Numbered from the stretch's first letter, positions 1-9,819 are shown. The stretch is 64,000 nt of DNA from Pararhodobacter sp. (GCF_036802785.1 NZ_DAIRVN010000014.1:5402-69401), one strand, 5' to 3'. Notes: a model not told the origin generated them from the sequence alone. A program made the numbers and translations.

Positions 1-243
1 GCGGGGCTTGGCATCGCCTTTCTTCCAGATTGCATTACCCATGGCTATGTCGCGTCAGGCGCCCTCGTCCCAATCATGACGCACTATCCCCCACCACCGG
101 CAGGCGCCTTTGTCGTCCGACCGCCCGGCCTGCATCCCGCACGGAAAATCCGGGTTCTGATTGATACGCTGGTGGACCATTGCGGGCGCAACCCGGCTAT
201 CTGGGGCCTTACCGGCCAAGAAAGGAAGGGCACGAAGCCCTGA
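1..243 (+). CDS. LysR-family transcriptional regulator, C-terminal fragment (5' end lies outside the window)
   Basis: Frame 1 is open from base 1 to TGA at 241-243. It reads AGLGIAFLPDCITHGYVASGALVPIMTHYPPPPAGAFVVRPPGLHPARKIRVLIDTLVDH..., a typical LysR effector-domain tail. It is absent from the ORF track because there is no start in the window. Confidence 0.55.
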   Translation, partial: AGLGIAFLPDCITHGYVASGALVPIMTHYPPPPAGAFVVRPPGLHPARKIRVLIDTLVDHCGRNPAIWGLTGQERKGTKP

Positions 244-478
244 TCGGCAAGCAGTTCGGCGGCAGCTTGTGGCCAGCCCTCGCAACGGCCGGCGCGTTCC
301 GCTTTGCGCGACACAGCTCAATGCGCAGCATGGCTAGCCTCCGGGGTGCTGCGTCGTCAAATTAGGGCCCTGACGCAACAGCACCGCCCAACCGCTCGGG
401 CGATCAGGATGCGTCGGGATCAGGCCTTTGCATCGGCAGGCGCGACGCCGGCCACGAGCACACGAGAGGATGAAGCGC

Positions 479-1414
479 ATGAGTTGGAACCCCGCACTCG
501 ACCCCGGCTGCCCCGATGAGATCGGCGTCGACGCTATCGAGACGCTCATCGTCCCCCGGTCCCGCGATCTGGGCGGGTTCGAGGTCCGGCGTGCCCTGCC
601 CGCGCCCAAGAGGCAGATGGTCGGGCCGTTCATCTTTTTCGATCAGGCCGGGCCAGCGGAACTGCTCACCGGACAGGGCGTCGATGTCCGGCCGCATCCG
701 CATATCGGGCTGGGCACCGTCACCTATCTTTTTCGCGGCGACTTCCACCACCGCGACAGCACCGGCGCCGATCAGATCATCAGCCCCGGCGCGCTGAACT
801 GGATGGTGGCCGGGCGTGGCGTTTCACATTCTGAACGCACGTCATCGACAGCCCGCAGCGGGCCGAACAGCCTGTTCGGCATCCAGACATGGCTGGCCCT
901 GCCCGACGCCCATGAAGACATGGCACCGAGTTTTGAACATCACGGCCAGGACGCGCTGCCGATGATCGAGGATCACGGCGTTTCCGTCCGGTTGATCCTT
1001 GGCAACGCCTATGGAAAGACAGCGCCCGCCACGATGCTCTCGGAAACCTTCTATGCCGACGTGACGCTCCAACCCGGTCGCCGCCTGCCCATGCCGGACG
1101 ATCATGAAGACCGGGGTATCTACATCGTCGAAGGCTCCATCTCGGTCGCGGGGCAGGATTTTGACGCGGGCCGGATGATGGTCTTCCGCCCGGGCGACAG
1201 GATCACCGTCGCCGCAGGCGACCGGGGCGCGCGGCTCATGATCCTTGGCGGCGCCACCTTTTCCGGCCCCCGCTACATCTGGTGGAACTTCGTCGCCTCG
1301 TCGCAGGAGCGCATCGAAGCCGCCAAGGCCGAATGGCGCGCCGCAAGGTGGGGCAAGGGGCGTTTCGATCTCCCGGTCGATGACCGCGACGAGCATATCC
1401 CGGCACCGGATTGA
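479..1414 (+). CDS. Pirin-family (bicupin) protein
   Basis: ORF 428..1414. Pirin motifs are present: RDLGGFEVRRALP, HPHIGLGTVTYLFRG..HRDS and NWMVAGRGVSHSER. Position 428 is a TTG. I place the start at ATG 479 (MSWNPALDP...), with GAGAGGA 8 nt upstream. Confidence 0.85.
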   Translation: MSWNPALDPGCPDEIGVDAIETLIVPRSRDLGGFEVRRALPAPKRQMVGPFIFFDQAGPAELLTGQGVDVRPHPHIGLGTVTYLFRGDFHHRDSTGADQIISPGALNWMVAGRGVSHSERTSSTARSGPNSLFGIQTWLALPDAHEDMAPSFEHHGQDALPMIEDHGVSVRLILGNAYGKTAPATMLSETFYADVTLQPGRRLPMPDDHEDRGIYIVEGSISVAGQDFDAGRMMVFRPGDRITVAAGDRGARLMILGGATFSGPRYIWWNFVASSQERIEAAKAEWRAARWGKGRFDLPVDDRDEHIPAPD

Positions 1415-1513
1415 CCGGTGCTGATGAAATGGCTGGCGGGGCGCGATGCAGGCGGCCCGCAACCCGATAGCGATCCCCCGCAAGCGACAGATGCCGAAAG
1501 GAGACGACACGCA

Positions 1514-2788
1514 ATGACCACCAATTGGCCCCGACTTGACTACCTTGGATGGCGCGAGACCTGTTCCGCCCTGCATCTGTATCTGCAGATCGTCGGCAAA
1601 TACCGGCTCGCCCATACGCCATGGCTCAACCATTCCTGGAACGCGACATTCTATGTCACGCCGACCGGCCTGACATCCGCACCGATACCGGACGGTCCGG
1701 GCATCGAGATCCGGTTCGATTTCCGCGAGCATATGGTCATCGGCACCTGCGGCAACGGTCGCGAGGCAAGGTTCGGGCTGGAGCCCTCCACGGTTGCAGC
1801 GTTCCGCGCGAATTTCGTGCAGATGATTGCTGATATCGGTGGCACGCCAACGTTCAACGACACGCCGAACGAGGTGCCCAACCCCGTCCCGTTCAGCGAG
1901 GATCATCGCGATCGGCCCTATGACCGGGATGCGGTGCAGCGCTATCATCAGGCGCTGGTCGCAATTGACAGGGTGATGGGCAGGTTCCGGACCTCCTTTC
2001 TCGGCAAGTCCAGCCCGGTTCACCTGTTCTGGGGGGCTATGGATCTCGCGGTTACCCGTTTCTCGGGGCGGCGCGCGCCGCTCCACCCTGCCGGCATCCC
2101 TTCCCTGCCGGACGACGTGGCGCAGGAGGCCTATGACCGCGAGGTATCCTCGGCAGGTTTCTGGCCGGGCGGCAATGGCATCGATTATCCCGCCTTCTAT
2201 GCCTACGCCTATCCGGCGCCCGGCGGGTATCGGGGCGCGCAGGTGCGGCCCGAGGCGGCGTTCTGGCATGAGGGCCTGTCGGAATTCCTGCTGCCTTACG
2301 ATGCCGTGCAGAGTGCAGCCGATCCCGACGAGGCCCTGATGGCTTTCCTGGTCTCGACTTACGAGGCCGCCGCCGACCTCGGACACTGGGACCGCGCACT
2401 ACTGGAGTGCGCACCGGGCCAACCGCGCCAGGTGCGCCGTCCCAGCGCAGGACGGGCGGATACGGAACCTGCAAGGGATGCGCCTTCGCCGACCGACATT
2501 CCGGTGGTACGGGACGATGGCGAATCGAAGGGGCGCTACCGCTTGGTAATCGATGGCAACGAGGCCGAAATGACCTACAGCCGGGTCGGCAAAAGTCAGA
2601 TCATCATCGACCACACCGAAGTTCCCGACGTCTTGCGTGGCCGCAAGGTGGGAGAAAGGCTTGTGCGACAGGCGGTCGAGGATGCGCGGCGGGACAGGGT
2701 GGTCATCATCCCGCTCTGCCCGTTCGCGAAGGCACAGTTCGGTCGCCATCCGGACTGGCAGGACGTGTTGCGCCAGCCGAAAACCTGA
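1514..2788 (+). CDS. DUF5996-family protein fused to a C-terminal YjdJ-type small GNAT domain
   Basis: ORF 1418..2788. ATG 1514 is preceded by AAAGGAG. The first ~295 aa (MTTNWPRLDYLGWRETCSALHLYLQIVGKYRL...) resemble DUF5996. After a Pro/Arg-rich linker, the last ~95 aa (GRYRLVIDGNEAEMTYSRVG...VIIPLCPFAKAQF) resemble the GNAT-like YjdJ domain. Confidence 0.7.
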   Translation: MTTNWPRLDYLGWRETCSALHLYLQIVGKYRLAHTPWLNHSWNATFYVTPTGLTSAPIPDGPGIEIRFDFREHMVIGTCGNGREARFGLEPSTVAAFRANFVQMIADIGGTPTFNDTPNEVPNPVPFSEDHRDRPYDRDAVQRYHQALVAIDRVMGRFRTSFLGKSSPVHLFWGAMDLAVTRFSGRRAPLHPAGIPSLPDDVAQEAYDREVSSAGFWPGGNGIDYPAFYAYAYPAPGGYRGAQVRPEAAFWHEGLSEFLLPYDAVQSAADPDEALMAFLVSTYEAAADLGHWDRALLECAPGQPRQVRRPSAGRADTEPARDAPSPTDIPVVRDDGESKGRYRLVIDGNEAEMTYSRVGKSQIIIDHTEVPDVLRGRKVGERLVRQAVEDARRDRVVIIPLCPFAKAQFGRHPDWQDVLRQPKT

Positions 2789-3010
2789 CTGCCGATGGAC
2801 CGTATCGCGCGCTGGACGCGCCATTCCGGGCCCATGGGCGGCGCGCTGACGGTGCTGCCGGGCCTTGAGCCGCAGGGCAGCGCGATCGGCGAAAGCCTGC
2901 CCGACTGAAGAAACCATCGTCTGCCGCCGACGTGATCCGGCGGCTGGCACCCAGTGAAAATGACGCCTGGCGCCGCCGCGCACCGGCGCGCAATTCTTAG
3001 GAGCGAGCCA

Positions 3011-4810
3011 ATGGCCGCAGAGGGGTTAGGGCCGACCATCGGTCCTGTGGTCGTGCTGTTGGGGGCGGCGGTGATTGCCGTGCCGCTGTTCCGGCGTCTG
3101 GGGTTGGGGTCGGTGCTGGGGTATTTCGCCGCTGGCGCGCTGGTGGGGCCCTCGGCGCTGGGTTTGTTCACGGACCCTGACACGATCCTGCATTTCGCCG
3201 AGCTGGGCGTGGTGATGTTCCTGTTCATCATCGGGCTGGAGCTGCGCCCGCAAAAGCTGTGGGCGCTGCGGGGGCAGATCTTCGGGCTGGGGCTGGCGCA
3301 GGTCAGCCTTGCAGTCGCCCTGCTGTCGCTGGCGGGTGACATGGTGTTCGGGCTGCCACCGGTCACGGCCTTTATCGCCGGTGCCGGGTTCGTGCTGTCC
3401 TCAACCGCGGTGATCATGTCCACCTTGCAGGAGCGCGGCGAGATCGCGAGCCCGGAGGGGCAGAAATCGGTTTCGATCCTCTTGTTCGAGGATCTGCTGA
3501 TTGTGCCGTTGCTGGCGGTGGTGGCCTTTCTGTCGCCTGTCGGTCAGGGCGAGTGCGGAATGGGCGCCGTGGCGCTGGCGCTGGCCGGGCTGGTGGCGCT
3601 GCTTGTCGCCGGGCGCTGGCTGCTCGATCCGCTCTTTGCCCTGCTCGCGCGCGCCCGTGCCCGCGAGGTGCTGAGCGCCGGGGCGCTTCTGGTCGTGTTG
3701 GGGGCCGCACTCCTGATGGAGGCCGTGGGCCTTTCGATGGCGATGGGCGCGTTTCTGGCCGGGGTTCTGCTGTCCGGCTCCAGCTATCGCCATCAGATCG
3801 AAAGCGACATCGAGCCGTTCAAGGGCCTTCTGATGGGGTTGTTCTTTCTGGCGGTCGGCATGTCGCTGAATCTGACGGTCGTAGCGGCGGAATGGCCGCT
3901 GCTGCTGGCGATGCTGGTGGTCTATGTGCTGGTCAAGGCGGTGGCCATCTATGCGACGGCGCGGGCCTTTGGCGGGGCCAATCTGCCCGCCTTGCGCCGC
4001 ACGGCGATGTTCGCGCAAGGCGGCGAATTTGCCTTTGTCCTCTACACAGCCGCTCTGGCAGGCGGGGTCATCGATGCACGCGAAAATGCGATCTTCTCGA
4101 CGGTCGTGATCCTGTCCATGGCGATCACGCCGTTGATCCTGATTGCCGCCGACCGGCTGCTCCGCGCCCCCGATGCCGCGCTGGACGGGGTCGAGGCGGC
4201 AGCTGGGCTGCGCGGGCAGGTCCTTGTGATCGGCTTCGGGCGATTTGGCCAGATCGCCCTGCAGATGCTGCTGGCGCGCTGCGCGCAGGTCTCGGTGATC
4301 GAGAACAACCCCGACCGCATCCGCGAGGCGGCGCGCTTCGGCTTCAAGGTCTACTACGGCGATGGCACGCGGCTCGACATCCTTCACGCCTCGGGCGCGG
4401 CGCAGGCGCAGGTGGTCCTGATCTGTGTCGATGATCGCCGCGCCGTCAACGCGATCGTCGAGCTGATCCAGCACGAGTTTCCGAATGCGGCAGTGCTGGC
4501 GCGCAGCTATGACCGGGGCCATTCAATGGAACTAATCCGCGCGGGCGTGGACTTTGAAGTCCGTGAGACAGTTGAATCGGCCCTGCAAATGGGCGCCGAA
4601 GGGCTACGCCGCCTTGGCTGGGATGAGATCGCGGTGACCGACGCGCTGGACGACATCCGCCGCCGCGATGTGCAGCGCCTGACCGAACAGGTGCAGGGCG
4701 ATTTCATGTCCGGACGGGACAAGATGCTGTCAGCGCCAGAGCCGGAGCCTCTGGGCCCACCCAAACCCAGAAAAAGGCAGATTCCTGACGAAAAAATGAA
4801 TCTTGGCTGA
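3011..4810 (+). CDS. CPA2-family monovalent cation:proton antiporter (KefB/KefC-like) with a C-terminal RCK/TrkA-N domain
   Basis: ORF 2954..4810. ATG 3011 follows AGGAG. There is a multi-TM Na+/H+-exchanger core (LGSVLGYFAAGALVGPSALG). A Rossmann motif (VLVIGFGRFGQ) lies in the C-terminal third. Confidence 0.85.
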   Translation: MAAEGLGPTIGPVVVLLGAAVIAVPLFRRLGLGSVLGYFAAGALVGPSALGLFTDPDTILHFAELGVVMFLFIIGLELRPQKLWALRGQIFGLGLAQVSLAVALLSLAGDMVFGLPPVTAFIAGAGFVLSSTAVIMSTLQERGEIASPEGQKSVSILLFEDLLIVPLLAVVAFLSPVGQGECGMGAVALALAGLVALLVAGRWLLDPLFALLARARAREVLSAGALLVVLGAALLMEAVGLSMAMGAFLAGVLLSGSSYRHQIESDIEPFKGLLMGLFFLAVGMSLNLTVVAAEWPLLLAMLVVYVLVKAVAIYATARAFGGANLPALRRTAMFAQGGEFAFVLYTAALAGGVIDARENAIFSTVVILSMAITPLILIAADRLLRAPDAALDGVEAAAGLRGQVLVIGFGRFGQIALQMLLARCAQVSVIENNPDRIREAARFGFKVYYGDGTRLDILHASGAAQAQVVLICVDDRRAVNAIVELIQHEFPNAAVLARSYDRGHSMELIRAGVDFEVRETVESALQMGAEGLRRLGWDEIAVTDALDDIRRRDVQRLTEQVQGDFMSGRDKMLSAPEPEPLGPPKPRKRQIPDEKMNLG

Positions 4811-5188
4811 AGATGGGCGTTCGACTGGCCCCCTTGGCCTGCGACAGAGGCACCCTGCCCGGATACCGGGCAGGAGAACGCAGCAATGAGACAGGATGCA
4901 GGGTGCGCCCGCAGCGGATCAGGCGAAGGCGGGGATCTCGGGCACATCCGCCTGCAGGCCGGTGCATCATGCCCAACCCGTCCGGACACGAGCTCGGAAA
5001 CCGGCAGCACGATCTCGTCGACCAGCGCACCGGCCTCGCTCAAAAGTGCGGTGGTTTCCGAGTTCAGCGGGCATCCGTTGAGTGTTGCACACGCTCTGGT
5101 AAGCCGAGGTGGTTCAGGCCTTTCCAGAGGTCGCACATTACGCGCCGCCGGCACTTTTTGAGACGCATTCAGTTCGGCGCATAATTTC

Positions 5189-8100
5189 TCAGAACAGGCT
5201 TTGGGGATGGATATCGCCCCGCGGGACTTTTCGGTGACCAACGAGACTCATGCGTGCACTTTCGTGCAAATCCCGTTGCCGCTCGACCCGTTCCAACATG
5301 CGCGCGCGCTTGCTCATGTCTGATACAATTGTCAGAAGCCCGTTAATCTCGGCGGCGGGGCGGGCAGGAGCAAAAAAGTAGCCCTGCACCTCCCGACATC
5401 CCTCAGTGCGCAGCCGGGCGAGTTGCTCCATCGTTTCGACACCTTCGGCCGTTACTGCCATGCCCTGGCTCTTGGCGAGCGCAAGAATTGCCCTGACGAT
5501 GCCAAGTGACCCATCGTCATCGTGCATGTCTGCGATGAAACTCCGGTCGATTTTGAGCCTGTCGAAAGGGAACCTGCGAACGGAGCTGAGCGAAGAGTAG
5601 CCGGTGCCGAAGTCGTCAAGCGAAACACGCACGCCAAGATCCCGGAGGCTGTGCAGGGAGGCCAGCGTCGCGCCGGTGTCCTGCAACATTGTTGTTTCGG
5701 TGATCTCAAGCTCCAGCCGCTCAGCCGCCAGTCCTGACCGCTCCAGCGCAGCCACCACGTCGCGCACCAAATCACCATGCAGGAACTGTGCGGGCGACAC
5801 GTTCACTGCGAGCATGACATTTTTCGGCCATTTTGCAGCTTCCATACAGGCTTGATCGAGCACCCATGCGCCAAGCTGACCGATCAGCCCGATCTCCTCT
5901 GCCAGGGTCACGAACTCGCCGGGTGGCACATGGCCGCGCCGGGCATGGTTCCAGCGCAGCAGCGCCTCGAACCCGGCCACCTGATTGGCCTCGATATCCA
6001 CAACCGGCTGATAGTGAATCTCGAATTCTTCACCAGCAAGCGCTTTCCTGAGGTCGAGTTCCAGTTCGCGCCGCGCCTTTGTCATGGCGTCCATTTCTGG
6101 CGCGAAAAAGCGGAAAGTTCCGGGCGCTTCCAGCTTGCATCGGTTGAGCGCCATTTCCGCCATTTTGAGAATCTCATCAGCATCGTCGCTGTCGGTCGGA
6201 GCATCCGCAATCCCGATGCTGACGCCGACAATCACCTGATGGCCATCGATTTCATAGGGTTGGCTCACAGTCGTGATGATCCGTTCCGCCAGCTCCCTTG
6301 TCATGTCGGGATGCTGCTCGACCTGAAGAACGGCAAAAGTGTCGCCGCCGAGACGAGACACGAAATCGCACCCGGGCATCGCTTTGCGCAACCGTTCCGC
6401 AACTTCGCGCAGCAGGGCATCACCCAGCGGGTGGCCGAGGGCATCGTTGACCCCCTTGAAATGATCGAGATCGAGGCACATCAGCGCCAGGCGGGTGCCA
6501 CGGTTCAGTGCCTGAGCCAGTTCATCGCGCAAGAGAACGCGGTTGGGCAGGCCGGTCAGCGCGTCGTGGTGGGCCATGTGCGCGATCTGCGCTTCTATCC
6601 GCACCCTTTCGGAAATGTCATCATGCATGGCGACCCAGCCACCGTCCTCCAGGGGGCAATGAGTGATGGCGATTGATCGACCGTCGGCCAGATGATGCTG
6701 CTTGACCGAGGCTGTCTGCTCTTCGGCTGCTTCTATACGCTCCCGCAGGTAGTCTTCCGGCTCGCCCCTACTGAACTGGCCGCTCGCAATCCTGCCCTGA
6801 AGGATCTGCCGGAAGGGTGTGCCCGGCTGCATCTGCTCGGGTGGGATGCCATACATCCTGGCGAACTGAGCGTTGCACATGACAAGCTTTTTGTCCGCAT
6901 CAAACATGCAGACGCCTTGCGAAACGTGGTTGAGGGCCTTGGTGAGGCGGGCGAAATGCAAGCCGAAAGCATCGGCCTGGCTCTCATCCGGCCGGACACT
7001 GAAAGCGGGCTTTTGCAGCAGTTCGAGCCGATGCGCCTGGCGGGACTGAAGATGGTTCGCCATTGCGGGTTCGTAGACACTATAGTTCAGGCTGGTGCCC
7101 TTGGTTTCCTTCGCGCGATAAAGCGCCAGATCCGCGTTGCGGATAAGCTCTTCAGGCTGGCTGCCATGCATGGGGGCCATGGCGAAACCCATGCTGATAC
7201 CAATCGTGAACTCCGACCCGGCTTTGCCAAAGGGCGCGCGCAGAGCCTCAGAAATACGCCGGGCGATCCCGGCACTGCCGTCGGGAGCGGCGGGCCCCGG
7301 CTGGATGATGGCGAACTCGTCCCCTCCGAGCCGTGCCACCACATCTTCCTGACGCACCAGACCGGCAAGTCGGCCAGCAATCTGCTGCAGAAGAAGATCT
7401 CCGACATCGTGCCCCCTGAGATCATTCACCATCTTAAAGTCGTCGATGTCAATCAGCACGAGGGTCAGCTCGCAGCGGCGACGGCCGCAGTCCAGCCCGG
7501 CTGCCAGCCGCTCGCCAAACAGCCTACGGTTGGCAAGGTTGGTCAGCGGGTCATGTTTGGTCAGATGGATCAGTTCGTCAGTCAGGCGGCGTTGCTCGGT
7601 CACATCGCGGAAAAAGACGCTCAGGTTGTCAACCGCCGGAAACGCATTGATTTCAAATCGGGTGCATTGAAACGACATCTCGAAGTCCACCGGCGTCTGG
7701 TGCTCCATCGCCCAGACATATTTTTCCTGGAGGTCAGTGCCGGCAAACTCCGGAAAGAGCTCCCAGAGCAAGCCCCCGAGGCGGAGTTCGGCGATCATGT
7801 CGAAAGCCCTTTGGTTGGCGAAAGTGACCCGCCACTGCGTGTCGAGGACGATCACGCCATCGGTGGTGCTCTCAAGCACGCGCGACAGGCGTTGCTCGCT
7901 TTCGGCAAGCCGTCTGGCGCTGTCTTCTGCCTCATGCCGCAACTCCCGCTCTGCTCCGATCAGCGCGTATTCGCGCAGGGCCAGCAATGCCGCAATGCAA
8001 AACAAGGTCGGCAGAATAAAGACATGTTCAATTTGCAGGTCTTGCCATCGGGCTGCCGCTACCGCAGCCACGATTGCTGCGATCGCCCCGGCCGGAATCA

Positions 8101-8962
8101 GGGCTTCTGCCGGCCGGGGCGGCTGCCTGCGCGCAGTCGGCTCAGCGGCGACGTCGCTCGCGTCCCTGTGCTCCAACGCAGCCCAGGCCATGAAGACAAC
8201 CGCGGCGATCCACAGAACGTCATAGAAGGCGCCGACGGCATAAGTTCCATTCAGAGTATCGAAGCCCAGGAAAAAATTGGCGACAGCATTGGCGCCGGTC
8301 GCGATCAGAATAAGCAGAAACGGAAAGCGGCGATCGTTCCGGACATAAAAAGCGAAGCACAAGAGGCCGAATGTCCAGGCGCTAAGACCCAAAGCCGCGA
8401 GGCTGAAAACGACGAAGGTGCCCAGCCGCCCTGTCTCGGAGCTACTCAGAAGCGGCGCGTAAATAATGAAGCCGACGGCCACCGCCGAGCATAGCGCAAG
8501 GGCGAAGTTGGTCACCTGGATCCGGCTGCCTGGCGAGTCCGAAAGGGAATAGTGGAACATGCCCATCAGGACCAGAACACTGGAGGCAAAGAAGAAAGCG
8601 TCAACCGCGCTCGGAAACGGCAAAACCACGCCAGCCAAGGCATAGGCCGCCCAGGTCAAGTTGCCGACCATGAACATAAGACAGGCCAGCCCGAAGCAGC
8701 GCCAGGCTTTGCGTCCTGACCCATCGCATCGCGCAGCCACGCGCAACGCAATCAGACCACTCACAAAAGAGCTCACGATCCATCCTGCGACATACCAGAG
8801 CTCGGTGGCGGACGAGCCCAGCCTGAGCAGCGCCGGGACCAGGGCAAACAGGACCATGAAGCTCACCAGAAGGATCAGGACAGACCATCGTCCCCCAAGC
8901 CTGCCCAGGCGAGCAGCTGTCCGGGGCAAGATCTGCCTTCGGTCGGATCCTGTGTTCTCCAC
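5189..8962 (-). CDS. Membrane-bound c-di-GMP turnover protein: ~10-TM N-terminal module, PAS, GGDEF, PAS, degenerate GGDEF, EAL
   Basis: 1257-aa ORF with a GTG start at 8962 and GAGGAG 12 nt upstream. GGDEF-1 reads RQEDVVARLGGDEFAI, so both the I-site RxxD and GGDEF are intact. GGDEF-2 reads FVSRLGGDTFAV, which is degenerate. The EAL motifs are all present: EALLRW, ELEITE, DDFGTGYSSLS, KIDRSF, EGVET and QGYFF. Confidence 0.85.
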   Translation of the reverse strand: MENTGSDRRQILPRTAARLGRLGGRWSVLILLVSFMVLFALVPALLRLGSSATELWYVAGWIVSSFVSGLIALRVAARCDGSGRKAWRCFGLACLMFMVGNLTWAAYALAGVVLPFPSAVDAFFFASSVLVLMGMFHYSLSDSPGSRIQVTNFALALCSAVAVGFIIYAPLLSSSETGRLGTFVVFSLAALGLSAWTFGLLCFAFYVRNDRRFPFLLILIATGANAVANFFLGFDTLNGTYAVGAFYDVLWIAAVVFMAWAALEHRDASDVAAEPTARRQPPRPAEALIPAGAIAAIVAAVAAARWQDLQIEHVFILPTLFCIAALLALREYALIGAERELRHEAEDSARRLAESEQRLSRVLESTTDGVIVLDTQWRVTFANQRAFDMIAELRLGGLLWELFPEFAGTDLQEKYVWAMEHQTPVDFEMSFQCTRFEINAFPAVDNLSVFFRDVTEQRRLTDELIHLTKHDPLTNLANRRLFGERLAAGLDCGRRRCELTLVLIDIDDFKMVNDLRGHDVGDLLLQQIAGRLAGLVRQEDVVARLGGDEFAIIQPGPAAPDGSAGIARRISEALRAPFGKAGSEFTIGISMGFAMAPMHGSQPEELIRNADLALYRAKETKGTSLNYSVYEPAMANHLQSRQAHRLELLQKPAFSVRPDESQADAFGLHFARLTKALNHVSQGVCMFDADKKLVMCNAQFARMYGIPPEQMQPGTPFRQILQGRIASGQFSRGEPEDYLRERIEAAEEQTASVKQHHLADGRSIAITHCPLEDGGWVAMHDDISERVRIEAQIAHMAHHDALTGLPNRVLLRDELAQALNRGTRLALMCLDLDHFKGVNDALGHPLGDALLREVAERLRKAMPGCDFVSRLGGDTFAVLQVEQHPDMTRELAERIITTVSQPYEIDGHQVIVGVSIGIADAPTDSDDADEILKMAEMALNRCKLEAPGTFRFFAPEMDAMTKARRELELDLRKALAGEEFEIHYQPVVDIEANQVAGFEALLRWNHARRGHVPPGEFVTLAEEIGLIGQLGAWVLDQACMEAAKWPKNVMLAVNVSPAQFLHGDLVRDVVAALERSGLAAERLELEITETTMLQDTGATLASLHSLRDLGVRVSLDDFGTGYSSLSSVRRFPFDRLKIDRSFIADMHDDDGSLGIVRAILALAKSQGMAVTAEGVETMEQLARLRTEGCREVQGYFFAPARPAAEINGLLTIVSDMSKRARMLERVERQRDLHESARMSLVGHRKVPRGDIHPQSLF

Positions 8963-9094
8963 TGCGGGAGTATCTCCTCATAACTGTTTGGCCGCTAACG
9001 CGTAGAAGTTGCATAAGTCCGGCGGATCCGCGTTTTCTTGGGGCTCCGGGCAGTGCCGCACCGCCAGAGCCGCGAAAGTTGGCCATGTGGCCAG

Positions 9095-9790
9095 ATGAGA
9101 CAAACGCGTTCGTTGGTGGATCAGATGTCGCTTTCTTGCAGTGGGCAGGCTGCCCTCTGTCGCCGATCTCGCCAGGTCACCAACGCCGCTCTGCCGGAAA
9201 TGCTGCAACAAGCGTAAACTGCAGGTCGAGGGAAGCTGGGTAGCGGGACCAACCGACCACAACTGGCCGGAACTTCCCTCATTTTCATTGCGCCCAAGGC
9301 CCTGAGCCAGGAGGAACAGGCGCGACGCATCGCAGCCATCTAAGCGCATTCCCGCTTCCATTGGTTTGCGATATTTTTCCGCCCACTTCCTCGCTCCTCG
9401 TTACCGGGACTCGAGCCTCCAGCGGCCGTGCCGGGATTAAGCGTAAACACCGACAAGGGCAAAATTTGGGCAGTTTCACCGATCACCCACTGCGAAGTCG
9501 GGCCTCATCTTTCGGAATTCCAGGCGTGACTCAGGAAATATCTCGGCCGACCTTGATCCGATCACCCGCGACCGGGGCAATCGCGCCGGACGGGATCAGG
9601 TCATCGTCGACGGGAAGGAAGTGTTCTGCGGCGATCGACAATCAGTGGTGCCCCAGATCGCCGGTGTCATCCGCAGCAAAGTAACGGTGGTGGCAGAAGT
9701 TGCAGGGGTGGCGCGGTCGGTGCCGGCTGTGATGCCGCACTGCAGGGCGCCGTTCCCTGCCCGGGCGAACCGGGCCGCACAACGGATCAT
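9095..9790 (-). pseudogene. Aldose 1-epimerase (galM-like) remnant, 5'-truncated with frameshifts and stops
   Basis: No long ORF covers this region, but GalM-like motifs appear in order across shifting minus-strand frames. FARAGNGALQ resembles GFPGNLGA. TDRATP/CNFCHHRYFAADDTGD resembles PVNxTNHxYFNL. AEHFLPVDDDLIPSGAIAPVAG resembles ADEYLPVDExxIPxGxxxxVAGT. GCDASRLFLLAQG resembles GYDHAFLL. LRLLQHFRQSG resembles LExQxFPDSPN. GC content is visibly lower than in flanking genes. Confidence 0.45.
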
Positions 9791-9819
9791 GCGGCCCAGG
9801 CTGTTGTCAGGTCAGCCTG

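Noticed and set aside
842-2386. A 514-aa minus-strand ORF spanning the pirin and DUF5996 genes.
   Set aside because: It crosses an intergenic region and two well-supported plus-strand genes. It has no recognisable motifs and shadow-ORF composition.
4811-5188. A 378-bp convergent spacer between the CPA2 antiporter and the GGDEF/EAL gene. It has several 60-120-aa ORFs and a 9-bp hairpin (CCTGCCCGG-ATA-CCGGGCAGG, 4854-4874).
   Set aside because: None of the ORF translations resembles a family I know, and all have shadow-like composition. The hairpin lacks a T-run, so I did not call it a terminator. It could hold a gene remnant, but I cannot support one.
6692-8494. A 600-aa plus-strand ORF, plus a 299-aa ORF at 5777..6676.
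   Set aside because: Both lie antisense to the GGDEF/EAL gene, whose minus-strand frame carries intact PAS, GGDEF and EAL motifs.
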